Below, in pieces: positions 18,392-27,057 of a stretch of 64,000 nucleotides of DNA. Each line of letters opens with the position of its first letter. Position 1 is the stretch's first letter. The stretch is from a virus, in IMG/VR virus record IMGVR_UViG_3300025536_000011; one strand, 5' to 3'. The translations under genes and the position numbers were made by a program. The notes under the pieces are model-generated. The model saw only the letters and a list, made by a program, of their open reading frames with translations. It did not search any database and was not told where the DNA came from.

Positions 18392-18589
18392 TTAAAAGTC
18401 ATACTCCTTAACGTCAATGCCCTTTGCGTTTAGGTCCAACATCTCACACTTAAACGGTTTACGGATTGATGCCTTTAAAATTTGAGGCGACCTAACATAT
18501 TGCCAGAAATGCTCTCTAATATGTTGCTCGAAAGGCACTTGCTCGAAACTATCAGGCACAATAAATTCCATTACTAGGATTTTCGCCAT
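18392..18589 (-). CDS. hypothetical protein
   Basis: ORF in run. Confidence 0.55.
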   Translation of the reverse strand: MAKILVMEFIVPDSFEQVPFEQHIREHFWQYVRSPQILKASIRKPFKCEMLDLNAKGIDVKEYDF

Positions 18590-18593
18590 AACT

Positions 18594-18884
18594 CTATTCC
18601 TCGGAAATACTTATCCTCCGCCACCCCGGAAATTGTATTTTAAGTTTTCCCATAGCACGTTGACTAGAACGAGCATAAATTGTGCCAACGTGGCTTTTCT
18701 CTTCTATCGTTACAGAATATCGAAAACTCTCCGCCGTGCAAGGAATAAGCGATAAGTTATTGCGGGCAAAATACTTAGCATGAAAATTGCAAATATATTC
18801 ACCCTGATAAAATCCGCCCTTAAATTGATAATTCGCCGGATATCGGCAGAGTCTATTCCTAGACGTTCGGCATTGGCATTGCAT
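18594..18884 (-). CDS. Cys-rich hypothetical protein
   Basis: ATG 18884 directly after a GGA-triloop RBS hairpin. Confidence 0.6.
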   Translation of the reverse strand: MQCQCRTSRNRLCRYPANYQFKGGFYQGEYICNFHAKYFARNNLSLIPCTAESFRYSVTIEEKSHVGTIYARSSQRAMGKLKIQFPGWRRISISEE

Positions 18885-18901
18885 TTGCTTCTCCGAAGCA
18901 A

Positions 18902-19117
18902 TCAATCAAGCTTTATATAACCCTTAGCCGTTCCGCCCGTTCTAGTGATAGGGATATTCATTTTACTAACTTGGATATCCCAATTAGCCCCAGCCCTTTG
19001 AATCAATAGATCGTCGGCATAAATCAATGCAGCGTCTATATTTACAAAGGGACCGAAATACGTTTTCTCGCCCGAAGCCAGAAAACCGTCCCGATATGTT
19101 TTAATAACTAGGAACAT
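18902..19117 (-). CDS. hypothetical protein
   Basis: GGAGCGA upstream. Confidence 0.6.
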   Translation of the reverse strand: MFLVIKTYRDGFLASGEKTYFGPFVNIDAALIYADDLLIQRAGANWDIQVSKMNIPITRTGGTAKGYIKLD

Positions 19118-19146
19118 TTTATTTCGCTCCGCTCAATTACGCTAAC

Positions 19147-19175
19147 AGTGTATCACGGCCCTTGTGCCGTGTCAA
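19147..19175 (-). promoter_or_regulatory. hairpin-spacer promoter
   Basis: TTGACACGGCACAAGGGCCGTGATACACT; stem CACGGC/GCCGTG. Confidence 0.8.
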
Positions 19176-19330
19176 GTGCCGGAAAAGATTTCCACTTCGA
19201 TTCTATGCCATAATGGCAGTCGCCGCTTGAGTTTAAATAAAGCCCATTTAATGCTACGGGCTTGCATAAATCCCGTTTTAACTTGTCCGGTTTCTAATTC
19301 CACCCAAAAAGTGTAAATTTTACTTACCAT
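19172..19330 (-). CDS. hypothetical protein
   Basis: ATG 19330; stop lies within the next -35. Confidence 0.5.
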   Translation of the reverse strand: MVSKIYTFWVELETGQVKTGFMQARSIKWALFKLKRRLPLWHRIEVEIFSGT

Positions 19331-19631
19331 CGCGGCTCCAATATTTTTCAGCGTTACGCATAGCGAAACGAATATTCTCTGCTCCAACCGGATTAGCCGA
19401 ATGGATTGCCCAAGCAAGCTTAGGCAACGTGCCGAAGTATGCCATAAGACTAATAGATTGAGCTACAGTGTAGCCGGTTTCCTCTTTAGGCGAGCTATCG
19501 CCTAAGTCGTGGTCGAAACTAATAAAGCTTACTTGGCCAGTCGCAAGAGCCGCCCTAGCCTCTTCCGCAGTTCGGCAGTGCCGGTCAAAATCCTCGGGCA
19601 TCGGCCGAACGTCGTCAAGCCAAAGTCTCAT
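19320..19631 (-). CDS. cyclic-phosphate processing receiver-domain-like protein
   Basis: MRLWLDDVRPMP..ISFDHDLG..HSANPVG. Confidence 0.75.
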   Translation of the reverse strand: MRLWLDDVRPMPEDFDRHCRTAEEARAALATGQVSFISFDHDLGDSSPKEETGYTVAQSISLMAYFGTLPKLAWAIHSANPVGAENIRFAMRNAEKYWSRDGK

Positions 19632-19663
19632 ATTTCGCTCCGCTTAATTTTAACTCCACTAAG

Positions 19664-19691
19664 AATATATCACTTCCTAGCAGATTGTCAA
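19664..19691 (-). promoter_or_regulatory. promoter of the repeated family
   Basis: TTGACA-16-TATATT. Confidence 0.65.
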
Positions 19692-19895
19692 GTTAATAAA
19701 ATAATCGGCCCGGATTGCTCCGGGCCGATGCCTTGTCCTAGCACGCTTTAGGCTATGCCAATATTTACTTTGCACTAAATACCGTCTAGGTCGATACTTA
19801 GCAGGGATTCATTCGCTCTTTACATATTTATATACATTGCCGGGAGAATCCTCATTTTAAGCTTCCGCTAAGCGGCTTATCCCTAAGACACTAAA

Positions 19896-19923
19896 AGCCT
19901 ATCACGCGGGCTTAGCTTGTCAA
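19896..19923 (-). promoter_or_regulatory. promoter whose -35 lies within an 11-bp hairpin
   Basis: CACGCGGGCTT-gacaagct-AAGCCCGCGTG-ATA on the minus strand. Confidence 0.65.
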
Positions 19924-20607
19924 GCCCGCGTGAACAAATCCCGTATTATCTTTCTTAGCACGGGCTTTCGGAGAAAGCCCGACGATACAAGGGCTTAAGT
20001 CCAAAAATCTTAGATCGTGGATATCGCCGTCTATAACGGCATAGCCGTTAAACCATTTAGGAATATCGTCTCGAAAGACGATAGCAACGTTAAACCCACG
20101 CTCAAGAGCCGCTTTGCATTCCAGCCAATTATTTTCGCTTGCCGAAAACGTCAAGTGATAATTAGTGGGCAAAGTATAGCCCGACTTGAGCCTATGCGAA
20201 AGCTTTGTATAGTCGTAGAATTGCAGTGTCGGGAATTCGGCAAAAATTTCCGGCATACGCTTTTCCCATACGATATCAGAAGTGCCGTTTAGCCTGATAG
20301 CGGGAATTAAACCTTGCCGCTTAGCGGCCCGCACAAGAGCCGCTAAATCGTTTCTAAGCAACGTTCGGAATTCTTCCGGCTTCTGGTACAAAAGCCGGGT
20401 TTTCCTCACGCGGGCCGCTTGCACGGGCCGATATTTCCCATATCCCGAGGTATTCAGGCAAGCGGCCCGACATCCGGCCGACGATTTTGGGCAGACGTTT
20501 CGCCCGCTCAAGCTTGCCGGTGCTAAGTGTAGGATAGCATTTAAATAGCCGAATGCCTTAGCCTTTTCTATCTTATGATTATCCAAAGTGATAAGGGCAA
20601 AGCCCAT
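19912..20607 (-). CDS. GP88-like phage protein (Cys-cluster, radical-SAM-like)
   Basis: VCPKSSAGCRAACLN..RLNGTSDI..FYDYTK..DGDIHDLRFLD. Confidence 0.7.
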   Translation of the reverse strand: MGFALITLDNHKIEKAKAFGYLNAILHLAPASLSGRNVCPKSSAGCRAACLNTSGYGKYRPVQAARVRKTRLLYQKPEEFRTLLRNDLAALVRAAKRQGLIPAIRLNGTSDIVWEKRMPEIFAEFPTLQFYDYTKLSHRLKSGYTLPTNYHLTFSASENNWLECKAALERGFNVAIVFRDDIPKWFNGYAVIDGDIHDLRFLDLSPCIVGLSPKARAKKDNTGFVHAGLTS

Positions 20608-20609
20608 AT

Positions 20610-20792
20610 TTATTCGCCCCCTTTGAATAACTTGATATAGAGCCCGACAATGCTAATAAGAATAACCCATAGCAGAGTCTCCCATATAACCCTAATGGGA
20701 TTTTCCAGCCCGTCCGAATCAAGCCCGGCCGCTTCATCGCGGCCGGGCTTAGTTCTACTCACGGAACGGGCGAACGCTCTGCCCCCGATCAC
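20610..20792 (-). CDS. small membrane protein
   Basis: C-terminal hydrophobic helix; ATGA overlap. Confidence 0.4.
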   Translation of the reverse strand: MIGGRAFARSVSRTKPGRDEAAGLDSDGLENPIRVIWETLLWVILISIVGLYIKLFKGGE

Positions 20793-21148
20793 GCGGGAAG
20801 AACCGCCCCGCTATTCTCGGGCACCGAATAATCGACTCCTCCAATGCGAAGTGTGAGGATACCTTCAACGGCGATAAAACGCCGATTCTTACTGGCATCA
20901 TCGGGATTATATCCCGAATCGCCGGGCATGAGATATACCATAATCAGCCCGTTAGCACCGGGCGAGAATCCCAACTTTCCGCCCTTGAGCCCCTTAGTGA
21001 CGTTTTCTGCCAGTCGGCAACGATATTCGCGTGCCGTATACTGGCCCGTTTCCTTATTCGGCGTTCGCGGCCGGACGATAGCAGAGAAAATCTTACCGTT
21101 AGTCGATCCAATAAGATTAACCGCCTGAACTTGCGAGATAACTTTCAT
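20789..21148 (-). CDS. hypothetical protein (possible SH3/Sm-like fold)
   Basis: ATG 21148 with GGAGCGAAGC; fold is a guess. Confidence 0.55.
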   Translation of the reverse strand: MKVISQVQAVNLIGSTNGKIFSAIVRPRTPNKETGQYTAREYRCRLAENVTKGLKGGKLGFSPGANGLIMVYLMPGDSGYNPDDASKNRRFIAVEGILTLRIGGVDYSVPENSGAVLPA

Positions 21149-21189
21149 TAGCTTCGCTCCAATTATGAGCCGCACAATCGCGGCCCATT

Positions 21190-21217
21190 AGGTTATCACG
21201 TTCTAGCCTACTGTCAA
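21190..21217 (-). promoter_or_regulatory. promoter of the repeated family fused to the arm of a 14-bp hairpin
   Basis: TTGACA-16-TAACCT; hairpin about 21215-21246. Confidence 0.65.
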
Positions 21218-21260
21218 GCCCGGCCGCACGATTGCGGCCGGGCTTGCGAGACTCCAAAGC

Positions 21261-22262
21261 TTAGCTGATTCCGGCCGCTTCGGCAAGGAAAGCCCAGGAC
21301 TGGGCCTCGAACTTTCCAGCCGTGCCCCCGAGAATACTTTCGAGCCGCTTTTCGGCCGTCCGATTGCCCTTATTACCAGCCCAGTTAGAGTTAAGATAGG
21401 TGATACCCTGGAAAATCGCCCCGAACGTCTCGGGCTTGCCAGCATAATTGATAGGATTGCGGGCCGCTCCGACGATACGTTCCGCGAGATTGATTTTCTG
21501 GGCCGAAACGTTATCCAAGTCGTTTCGGTCAATCCCGAGAAGCTTATCAACGGTAGACTCCACCGAAGCCGGGCAATCCATGAGAAGACCCAACTTTTCG
21601 GAATGAGCCGCAATTTCCTTCCGGGCCGCTTCCCAAGTCGCCCGAGCGAATTGGAGTTTATCCTTGATATCGCCCGTGTGACGGATCGAACCATCGGCAC
21701 CGCCACTAAAACCCGTCGTGATCGTATTATGGCAAACGACACGGTGCCGAACAAGCTTATAACGGATTGCGTTTCCGTCGTGAAAATTCTGGAAAACGAG
21801 ATAATTCTCATAGGGCGAAGTGTCGCCCGGCACGGAAAGAGCCGCATCGTTCCCATAATCGAGACGGAGGGCGATAACTTCGCTCTTTCCATCATAGAGA
21901 ACGAAAGCCGCATCGGTTGACCCAAAACCCTCGCGGGCGAAATAATCGAGAATCTCTGCCATATCGGCCGGATTGCACGGGCTATATCGCTCCGTAACCG
22001 TGGCGTCCGACAGAATGAATCCGTCGTCACTTCTTACGATATGGAATTGATTCGGAACTTCCGAGAACGTAGGACCATCCGGCCCAATAATACATTGATA
22101 GGCGGGCCGCTTCTCGACATTATAGCCGAGTCCAACAAGCTTAGCGAATTCACTAGGGACCGGGATTCGGCCGTTATCGTCCGGCTCGATAACCCGGCCC
22201 TTATTATGCCATGCGGCCCCTCGGGCATAGCCCGCTCGACTCTTGACTACCATATCGGCCAT
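21261..22262 (-). CDS. DUF932 family protein
   Basis: AAWHNKG..VRSDDG..Y.LVFQNFHDG..RVVCHNTI..IRHTG. Confidence 0.8.
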   Translation of the reverse strand: MADMVVKSRAGYARGAAWHNKGRVIEPDDNGRIPVPSEFAKLVGLGYNVEKRPAYQCIIGPDGPTFSEVPNQFHIVRSDDGFILSDATVTERYSPCNPADMAEILDYFAREGFGSTDAAFVLYDGKSEVIALRLDYGNDAALSVPGDTSPYENYLVFQNFHDGNAIRYKLVRHRVVCHNTITTGFSGGADGSIRHTGDIKDKLQFARATWEAARKEIAAHSEKLGLLMDCPASVESTVDKLLGIDRNDLDNVSAQKINLAERIVGAARNPINYAGKPETFGAIFQGITYLNSNWAGNKGNRTAEKRLESILGGTAGKFEAQSWAFLAEAAGIS

Positions 22263-22317
22263 TGTTATTTATCTCCGTTGGGCCGCACTATTGCAGCCCG
22301 CTTTTGAATTCGCTTGA

Positions 22318-22346
22318 ATCTTATCACGGCCCTTGCGGGCCGTCAA
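22318..22346 (-). promoter_or_regulatory. hairpin-spacer promoter
   Basis: TTGACGGCCCGCAAGGGCCGTGATAAGAT. Confidence 0.8.
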
Positions 22347-22348
22347 GT

Positions 22349-22555
22349 TTAATCGAGCGGAATCGCGTCGGGCAAATTATTGCCGGAAAGATTTTCCGGC
22401 CGATACCGAATAACATAACTGCCGTCGTTGCAGACATCATAACCCGAACACCGCTCGAAAATAACTCCGTTCCACGAAATACGCTTAGGATAAGCTTTAT
22501 CGACAATGTTTCGCGTCTCGAATCGCAATGCTCCAATAAAGGCGGCGGGCTTCAT
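22349..22555 (-). CDS. hypothetical protein
   Basis: ATG 22555, GGAGCTAAG upstream. Confidence 0.55.
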   Translation of the reverse strand: MKPAAFIGALRFETRNIVDKAYPKRISWNGVIFERCSGYDVCNDGSYVIRYRPENLSGNNLPDAIPLD

Positions 22556-22590
22556 ATTCTTAGCTCCGGCCGGATTATTCCGGCACCGAC

Positions 22591-22619
22591 AATCTATCAC
22601 TGCCCGACAGGGCAGTCAA
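22591..22619 (-). promoter_or_regulatory. hairpin-spacer promoter with covarying stem
   Basis: TTGACTGCCCTGTCGGGCAGTGATAGATT; stem ACTGCCC/GGGCAGT. Confidence 0.8.
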
Positions 22620-22849
22620 ATTTCTCTTGCAATATTATCACTTCGACGATAGGCGACACTACCAGTATCCGAATTGAACGCGGAGCGAACATAGGTCAAG
22701 CCCTGATATTCCAGGCACAACGGCAAGCTTGAAAAGCTTGCATAATCCCGACAGTCGATATCAGGATAGATGAAACTATCGCTCGAATCAAGATCGGCAA
22801 TGACAATCTTAATCGGCAGGGCTTCGATTCGCTTCGCAGTCGTTTCCAT
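22616..22849 (-). CDS. hypothetical protein, probably leaderless
   Basis: ATG 7 nt after -10; stop within the next -35. Confidence 0.65.
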   Translation of the reverse strand: METTAKRIEALPIKIVIADLDSSDSFIYPDIDCRDYASFSSLPLCLEYQGLTYVRSAFNSDTGSVAYRRSDNIAREI

Positions 22850-22855
22850 GCCACT

Positions 22856-22884
22856 AAGATATCACGGCCCGCAAGAGCCGTCAA
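22856..22884 (-). promoter_or_regulatory. hairpin-spacer promoter
   Basis: TTGACGGCTCTTGCGGGCCGTGATATCTT. Confidence 0.8.
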
Positions 22885-22938
22885 ATAAATCTAGCCTCTA
22901 CATATATAGACGGATCGAAAATATTTTCAGGCAGTCAC

Positions 22939-22966
22939 TTGACGGCATGAAATACCGTGATACTCT
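22939..22966 (+). promoter_or_regulatory. promoter of the repeated family
   Basis: TTGACG-16-TACTCT. Confidence 0.65.
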
Positions 22967-23029
22967 GCTAGTGTCAATCGGGCACCTTGACCAATCGGCC
23001 AATGGCTCGAAATGTCGCGTGCGGCTCGA

Positions 23030-23058
23030 TTGACGCGGCCCGGTTCGCCTGATACCGG
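23030..23058 (+). promoter_or_regulatory. possible degenerate promoter of the family
   Basis: TTGACG-17-TACCGG (weak -10). Confidence 0.35.
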
Positions 23059-23116
23059 AACGGTGCCGATTATTGGCGTGGCCGGGCGGATTATCAGGAA
23101 TTCGCCCGGATTTTCC

Positions 23117-23145
23117 TTGACGGCCCGCACGGGCCGTGATACTCT
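23117..23145 (+). promoter_or_regulatory. hairpin-spacer promoter
   Basis: TTGACGGCCCGCACGGGCCGTGATACTCT. Confidence 0.8.
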
Positions 23146-23157
23146 TCTCGTGAATTA

Positions 23158-23237
23158 GTCGCCCGCCTAACCTAGTATCGCTCAATTGGTAAAGCCAGCG
23201 AGAAAGGGAAGTCGCCCAGAGCGGCCAGGCGGGCGAC
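23158..23237 (+). ncRNA. candidate 80-nt structured RNA
   Basis: 11-bp closing stem 23158-68/23227-37; internal GCTCAATTGGTAAAGC resembles a tRNA D arm; upstream promoter. Confidence 0.45.
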
Positions 23238-23409
23238 ATTTTCTCATATTGACAACCTGTGCGATTTCGCACGGGTGCGTGCGTTTCCGCTCGGTCCCGC
23301 CGCCGCGTGCGTTCCCCCGGCCGGGCCGCCCGACGAGCCCCGAAACTAATAGTAAGGCATTTCGGGAGGCTCCTGAAAATTTCCCCCCGTAAGGGCGAAT
23401 CTCTCACTT

Positions 23410-23727
23410 CTAGTATTTTTGCGGCATCGCTGCAAAGTAAGGGAAAATCTCTTGCTTACGCGATTTTTGCGTAAAATATAGCCCCATGCTATTTTTCTGC
23501 ATCGGCCCGTCGTTCGAGTCGAAAACAATATGACGATTACAGCTACAGCGAGACGGCATAAGCTGCCGCTCAATCACACGCACCGTGCCGCAAGGGCATT
23601 GTGCCCGTACAACAGTCGCACGCCATACGTCGGCCCGCTTAGTGGCTTCCTCCACCATAACGTTAGGACGGCCGCTATTGATGTCCATAGCGGCCGTAAA
23701 GAGCCGGTCAAGATCACTCATATTCAT
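23410..23727 (-). CDS. Cys-containing hypothetical protein, probably leaderless
   Basis: CPCG..CSC; ATG 7 nt after -10. Confidence 0.6.
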   Translation of the reverse strand: MNMSDLDRLFTAAMDINSGRPNVMVEEATKRADVWRATVVRAQCPCGTVRVIERQLMPSRCSCNRHIVFDSNDGPMQKNSMGLYFTQKSRKQEIFPYFAAMPQKY

Positions 23728-23733
23728 GCTAGC

Positions 23734-23761
23734 AGTATATCACTCCCTAGTCGTGAGTCAA
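23734..23761 (-). promoter_or_regulatory. promoter of the repeated family
   Basis: TTGACT-16-TATACT. Confidence 0.7.
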
Positions 23762-23777
23762 GTGCGGCATAGCCGCA

Positions 23778-24134
23778 CTAAGGAATTAATTCATGTGCCT
23801 TAGCAAATTCAGTCAACATAAGTGGCCATTCTGAAACTTTAACATAAGTGTTATCATGAATTGCTTGTATATTTTGTAAGAAAGGTATTGATACATCAGG
23901 AGCTAATTCTTCTCCAAAAATATCAATAGGAGTATAGATACCAAGTAATACGTGGATTCCTTTACTGCCAAAATCAAATTCCGGCCGATAACACGAGTCA
24001 GGAATAAGAGCCCCGATAGCACATTTGGTTCCATTGCGACCGCGATAAAGACACTTTGCACCATCTATAGCTCTACAATTTTGCTTTAAAAGGTGATCGC
24101 GGACACGATCATAAATAATTTGGCGAGTTAGCAT
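23778..24134 (-). CDS. hypothetical phage protein
   Basis: HLLKQ..CLYRG..G.KCAIG.LIPD. Confidence 0.7.
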   Translation of the reverse strand: MLTRQIIYDRVRDHLLKQNCRAIDGAKCLYRGRNGTKCAIGALIPDSCYRPEFDFGSKGIHVLLGIYTPIDIFGEELAPDVSIPFLQNIQAIHDNTYVKVSEWPLMLTEFAKAHELIP

Positions 24135-24592
24135 AGATGAACCTCGATATTTTCCTTAGTAAAGTAAAACTGATCTAGACTAACCCACGAGAAAATGTAA
24201 TTACCATCACAATAACCAAGATATTTATATTGCTCACGCGAGGAAATGTTTGTCATTGGCCAAATTTTGTTCTTATCAAGAGCCATTACTTTGATACTTT
24301 GAGTAAGTTTAAATTGCTGACCTGGCTTTATGGTGCTAATTAACACACTACTCATAACAATATCTACTGTTTGATCCTTAATAATCCATTTACGATCTTG
24401 ATACACAACATCTTGCACAACAACTAGATCGCCATAAGAATGAGCAACTTGGCATAGTTCTTCACTATCAAGCGTATCTTCTGCGTCATCATAATGGCCT
24501 TTGGCTATATAACTAACATAAATACGCATCTTTGGACTCACATTAAACTTGAACTTCTGACCTACGCTAAGTTTAGAAAGTTGAATTAGCAT
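24128..24592 (-). CDS. hypothetical protein with two LxxG(Q)xF repeats
   Basis: SKLSVGQKFK / STIKPGQQFK. Confidence 0.55.
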   Translation of the reverse strand: MLIQLSKLSVGQKFKFNVSPKMRIYVSYIAKGHYDDAEDTLDSEELCQVAHSYGDLVVVQDVVYQDRKWIIKDQTVDIVMSSVLISTIKPGQQFKLTQSIKVMALDKNKIWPMTNISSREQYKYLGYCDGNYIFSWVSLDQFYFTKENIEVHLC

Positions 24593-24620
24593 GATAGTTT
24601 CCTTTGTCGCTACGCGACAA

Positions 24621-24863
24621 TTACTCTAGTTCAAAGTTAGTACCAATATAATAATAGGCTTCGCCAGTCACTATATTGACAAAGTCAATAAGAATATTGT
24701 GTTGCAAAAAATGTTTTACGAGTTTAGCTTTAAATACCCAAATTGTTTCTACATGGATAGGGTCGCCACAAGCATATCCAGATATGTTTAATGGATGAGC
24801 CTTAAGAGGCTCTTTAATTACAAAAGCATCGCCTACTTCAAGATCGGCAGATGTTCTTTGCAT
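24621..24863 (-). CDS. hypothetical protein
   Basis: ORF in run. Confidence 0.5.
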   Translation of the reverse strand: MQRTSADLEVGDAFVIKEPLKAHPLNISGYACGDPIHVETIWVFKAKLVKHFLQHNILIDFVNIVTGEAYYYIGTNFELE

Positions 24864-24883
24864 AGCAATTATCCCTAACGGGT

Positions 24884-25243
24884 TTACCCGTTAATAAACA
24901 CTCCCTCATTCGTCGAGTAAGAGGTACGCAAGCCAGCCTCCGCCACAGTCTTTGCACAATCTCGGCAAGGCCGCGACATCTTAATTTCTCCTTGCCGGTT
25001 AATACGGCAACAAATAATACGATAACCGGCAAGACTTTGCCGGTTCAGCATGGCACGGGCCTTAGCAATGGCTCGTACTTCGGCATGAGCGGCCGAGAAG
25101 CAGCCGGAGCCTCTAGGATGCGTCTTATGGACAAGGTTACAGGCAGCGGCAATGACTCTTCCGCCCTTCCCTACGATAAGGGCGGAATGACGGAATTGGT
25201 CTCCGTTGCTTTGCAAGGCAGTACGAAGGGCGATCCGCACCAT
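24884..25243 (-). CDS. cytidine/dCMP deaminase-fold protein
   Basis: HAEVRAI and SRPCRDC Zn-binding motifs. Confidence 0.85.
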   Translation of the reverse strand: MVRIALRTALQSNGDQFRHSALIVGKGGRVIAAACNLVHKTHPRGSGCFSAAHAEVRAIAKARAMLNRQSLAGYRIICCRINRQGEIKMSRPCRDCAKTVAEAGLRTSYSTNEGVFING

Positions 25244-25269
25244 TGAGCTACGCTCACTTTCTTAACATA

Positions 25270-25298
25270 AGTGTATCACGGCTCGCAAGAGACGTCAA
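25270..25298 (-). promoter_or_regulatory. hairpin-spacer promoter (one mismatch)
   Basis: TTGACGTCTCTTGCGAGCCGTGATACACT. Confidence 0.75.
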
Positions 25299-25343
25299 GT
25301 ATTTTATAGTCGCCATCCAAAACATTCAATATGATGTTTTAAA

Positions 25344-25419
25344 TGGTGAGCCGCCCCGGCTTTGCTCCGGGCACCTAAAAGTTAAGAGCTTTTTGCTCTA
25401 CTGAATGAGCTAGCGGCCC
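25344..25419 (-). tRNA. tRNA-Lys(CUU) with atypical D and T loops
   Basis: GGGCCGC/GCGGCTC acceptor; AAAAG-CTCTTAA-CTTTT; T loop AGCAAAG; encoded CCA. Confidence 0.85.
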
Positions 25420-25439
25420 ACGCTTATGTTACAAGTTGC

Positions 25440-25883
25440 TTAGGACGGAAGAACGTCCTTTTCGACCCGCATAAGGCGAAGCCTCAAATATTCGAATACA
25501 TTAGGCTTCGGGTCGCCAAGGTGGTGAGTAAAGGTGTATGTTACTAGAGTAATAAAATTGCTTCTAGTGCCTAGAAGCTGCTCATCCACAATGTTATTAA
25601 GTAGGTCGCGTAGCTCCCTAGCGAATTGAAGAAACTGAAAATCGTCAGTTGTAGGAGCTAGAAATACAGTCTCGCCAGTAATTTGACCACGACGGAATGC
25701 TTTGGCTAGTCGGCCAAGCGAAACGTCTCTACCAATTCGGCGATTAAAGCCATCTCGCGGAAAATCCCGCGACACAAAATTCTTTGCGAATGCAAAAGAA
25801 ATACCAATCGCGTTAATTGGCTCGATATAACCAAGACACACCGTTGCACCGGCACGGGGCAAGTGAATAAATTCGGTTCGCAT
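25440..25883 (-). CDS. hypothetical protein, paralog of 61327-61686
   Basis: shared EFIHL.R.G.T..L..GISF/VS..F.R.IGR....GR. Confidence 0.65.
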   Translation of the reverse strand: MRTEFIHLPRAGATVCLGYIEPINAIGISFAFAKNFVSRDFPRDGFNRRIGRDVSLGRLAKAFRRGQITGETVFLAPTTDDFQFLQFARELRDLLNNIVDEQLLGTRSNFITLVTYTFTHHLGDPKPNVFEYLRLRLMRVEKDVLPS

Positions 25884-25936
25884 TACATGCTCACTTTCTT
25901 TTGCCGTCTCTCGGCAAATTTGAGGCTTAAGCCTCG

Positions 25937-26158
25937 TTATTGTTCGTACTGAAAATCTCCAAAATTCTGAAGAGCCTGAATTGCTTGCTGGATAATTGGA
26001 CTAGTGTAAGAGAACGCAAAAGCACAAGCCGCCGCTTGAAAAACAAGGATATGGTTGCTATTAAAATTAGCCATCATATACTCTACGGTTAATCCAACGT
26101 TATCTACCAGGATACGTCGGCACTCCTCGCGTAATGACTTCTTCGTGTAGGTAATCAT
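25937..26158 (-). CDS. hypothetical protein, probably leaderless
   Basis: ATG 7 nt after -10. Confidence 0.6.
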   Translation of the reverse strand: MITYTKKSLREECRRILVDNVGLTVEYMMANFNSNHILVFQAAACAFAFSYTSPIIQQAIQALQNFGDFQYEQ

Positions 26159-26164
26159 GCTAGT

Positions 26165-26193
26165 AGCTTATCACGGCTGCAAGCAGCCGTCAA
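26165..26193 (-). promoter_or_regulatory. hairpin-spacer promoter
   Basis: TTGACGGCTGCTTGCAGCCGTGATAAGCT; stem ACGGCTG/CAGCCGT. Confidence 0.8.
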
Positions 26194-26649
26194 GTGATAA
26201 TTTCGATCTCATGCTCAATATTCGCTACAATATATTTTGATAATGAATTTTCGCGTTGAATAGTAATTGAATCTTTTCCCTTAAATACTACTTCAAATGT
26301 CTCAATTTTATGTGATTGTTGATAACTGCCAATAATAACACATAACATGTTAGTAGGATGACAAAACCTAAATTTTATTTCATAATTTAACGTGTCAAGT
26401 TTTCTTTTAACGGAGCATGTACTAATTTTAATGTCCGCGTTGCCAATGCCTAGAACGTAAGAATGTTTAGTATCGCAATGCGAAAAGAATACTAAATTGT
26501 CGCTACAGGCTGTGAGACTAAATTTGGCTCCAATAATCGGGCGTCCTACTCCCCGTCTTTACAATCATATATTTGACAGGTATCATCTCTAAAGTGAAAA
26601 ATAGTGCCCGGCTTTATATTCTGAAAAGGGTTCATATCGCTATGCTCCA

Positions 26650-27048
26650 TTACTTACAAGAGTCAGGGATTGGCCAGGTAATTTCAGGCTCGATCCAATG
26701 GGATTCTTGGCCATCAAAATATACGCGAACAACGTCGCAACCCTCATATGCTAATTCAATCCAGCTACCCTTTTCTACAAATGGTGCAATCTCTTCAAAC
26801 ATTGTTTCTTCATCATAGGAAGAATATTCAGTATTTAGCTCCAACGTAAACGTTGGCCCAAGTTTAGGGTTAGCTAGGTAATCATCAATATCAATGTCTG
26901 ACGACAGGCACCAATCAGGATTTTCTACTTCTTCTGGCTTGCAACGAAACGATCTAGCCGAGTATTCAAGGAATATATTATTGATTTTAGCAACATTTTC
27001 AGGCTTTACGCTGAATTCTGCTTCTCGCAGACAAATAGAAACGCTCAT
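26650..27048 (-). CDS. hypothetical protein, related to 33532-33825
   Basis: FEEIAPFVEKGSWIEL..YFDG. Confidence 0.65.
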   Translation of the reverse strand: MSVSICLREAEFSVKPENVAKINNIFLEYSARSFRCKPEEVENPDWCLSSDIDIDDYLANPKLGPTFTLELNTEYSSYDEETMFEEIAPFVEKGSWIELAYEGCDVVRVYFDGQESHWIEPEITWPIPDSCK

Positions 27049-27057
27049 GAGCGTAGC

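Noticed and set aside
21203-22030. 275-aa alternative-frame ORF over the DUF932 gene, and similar long overlapping ORFs (14755-15072, 22262-22732, 22898-23407, 28742-29359, 40324-40728)
   Set aside because: They overlap better-supported genes or regulatory DNA, lack RBS and motifs, and are expected where stops are sparse.
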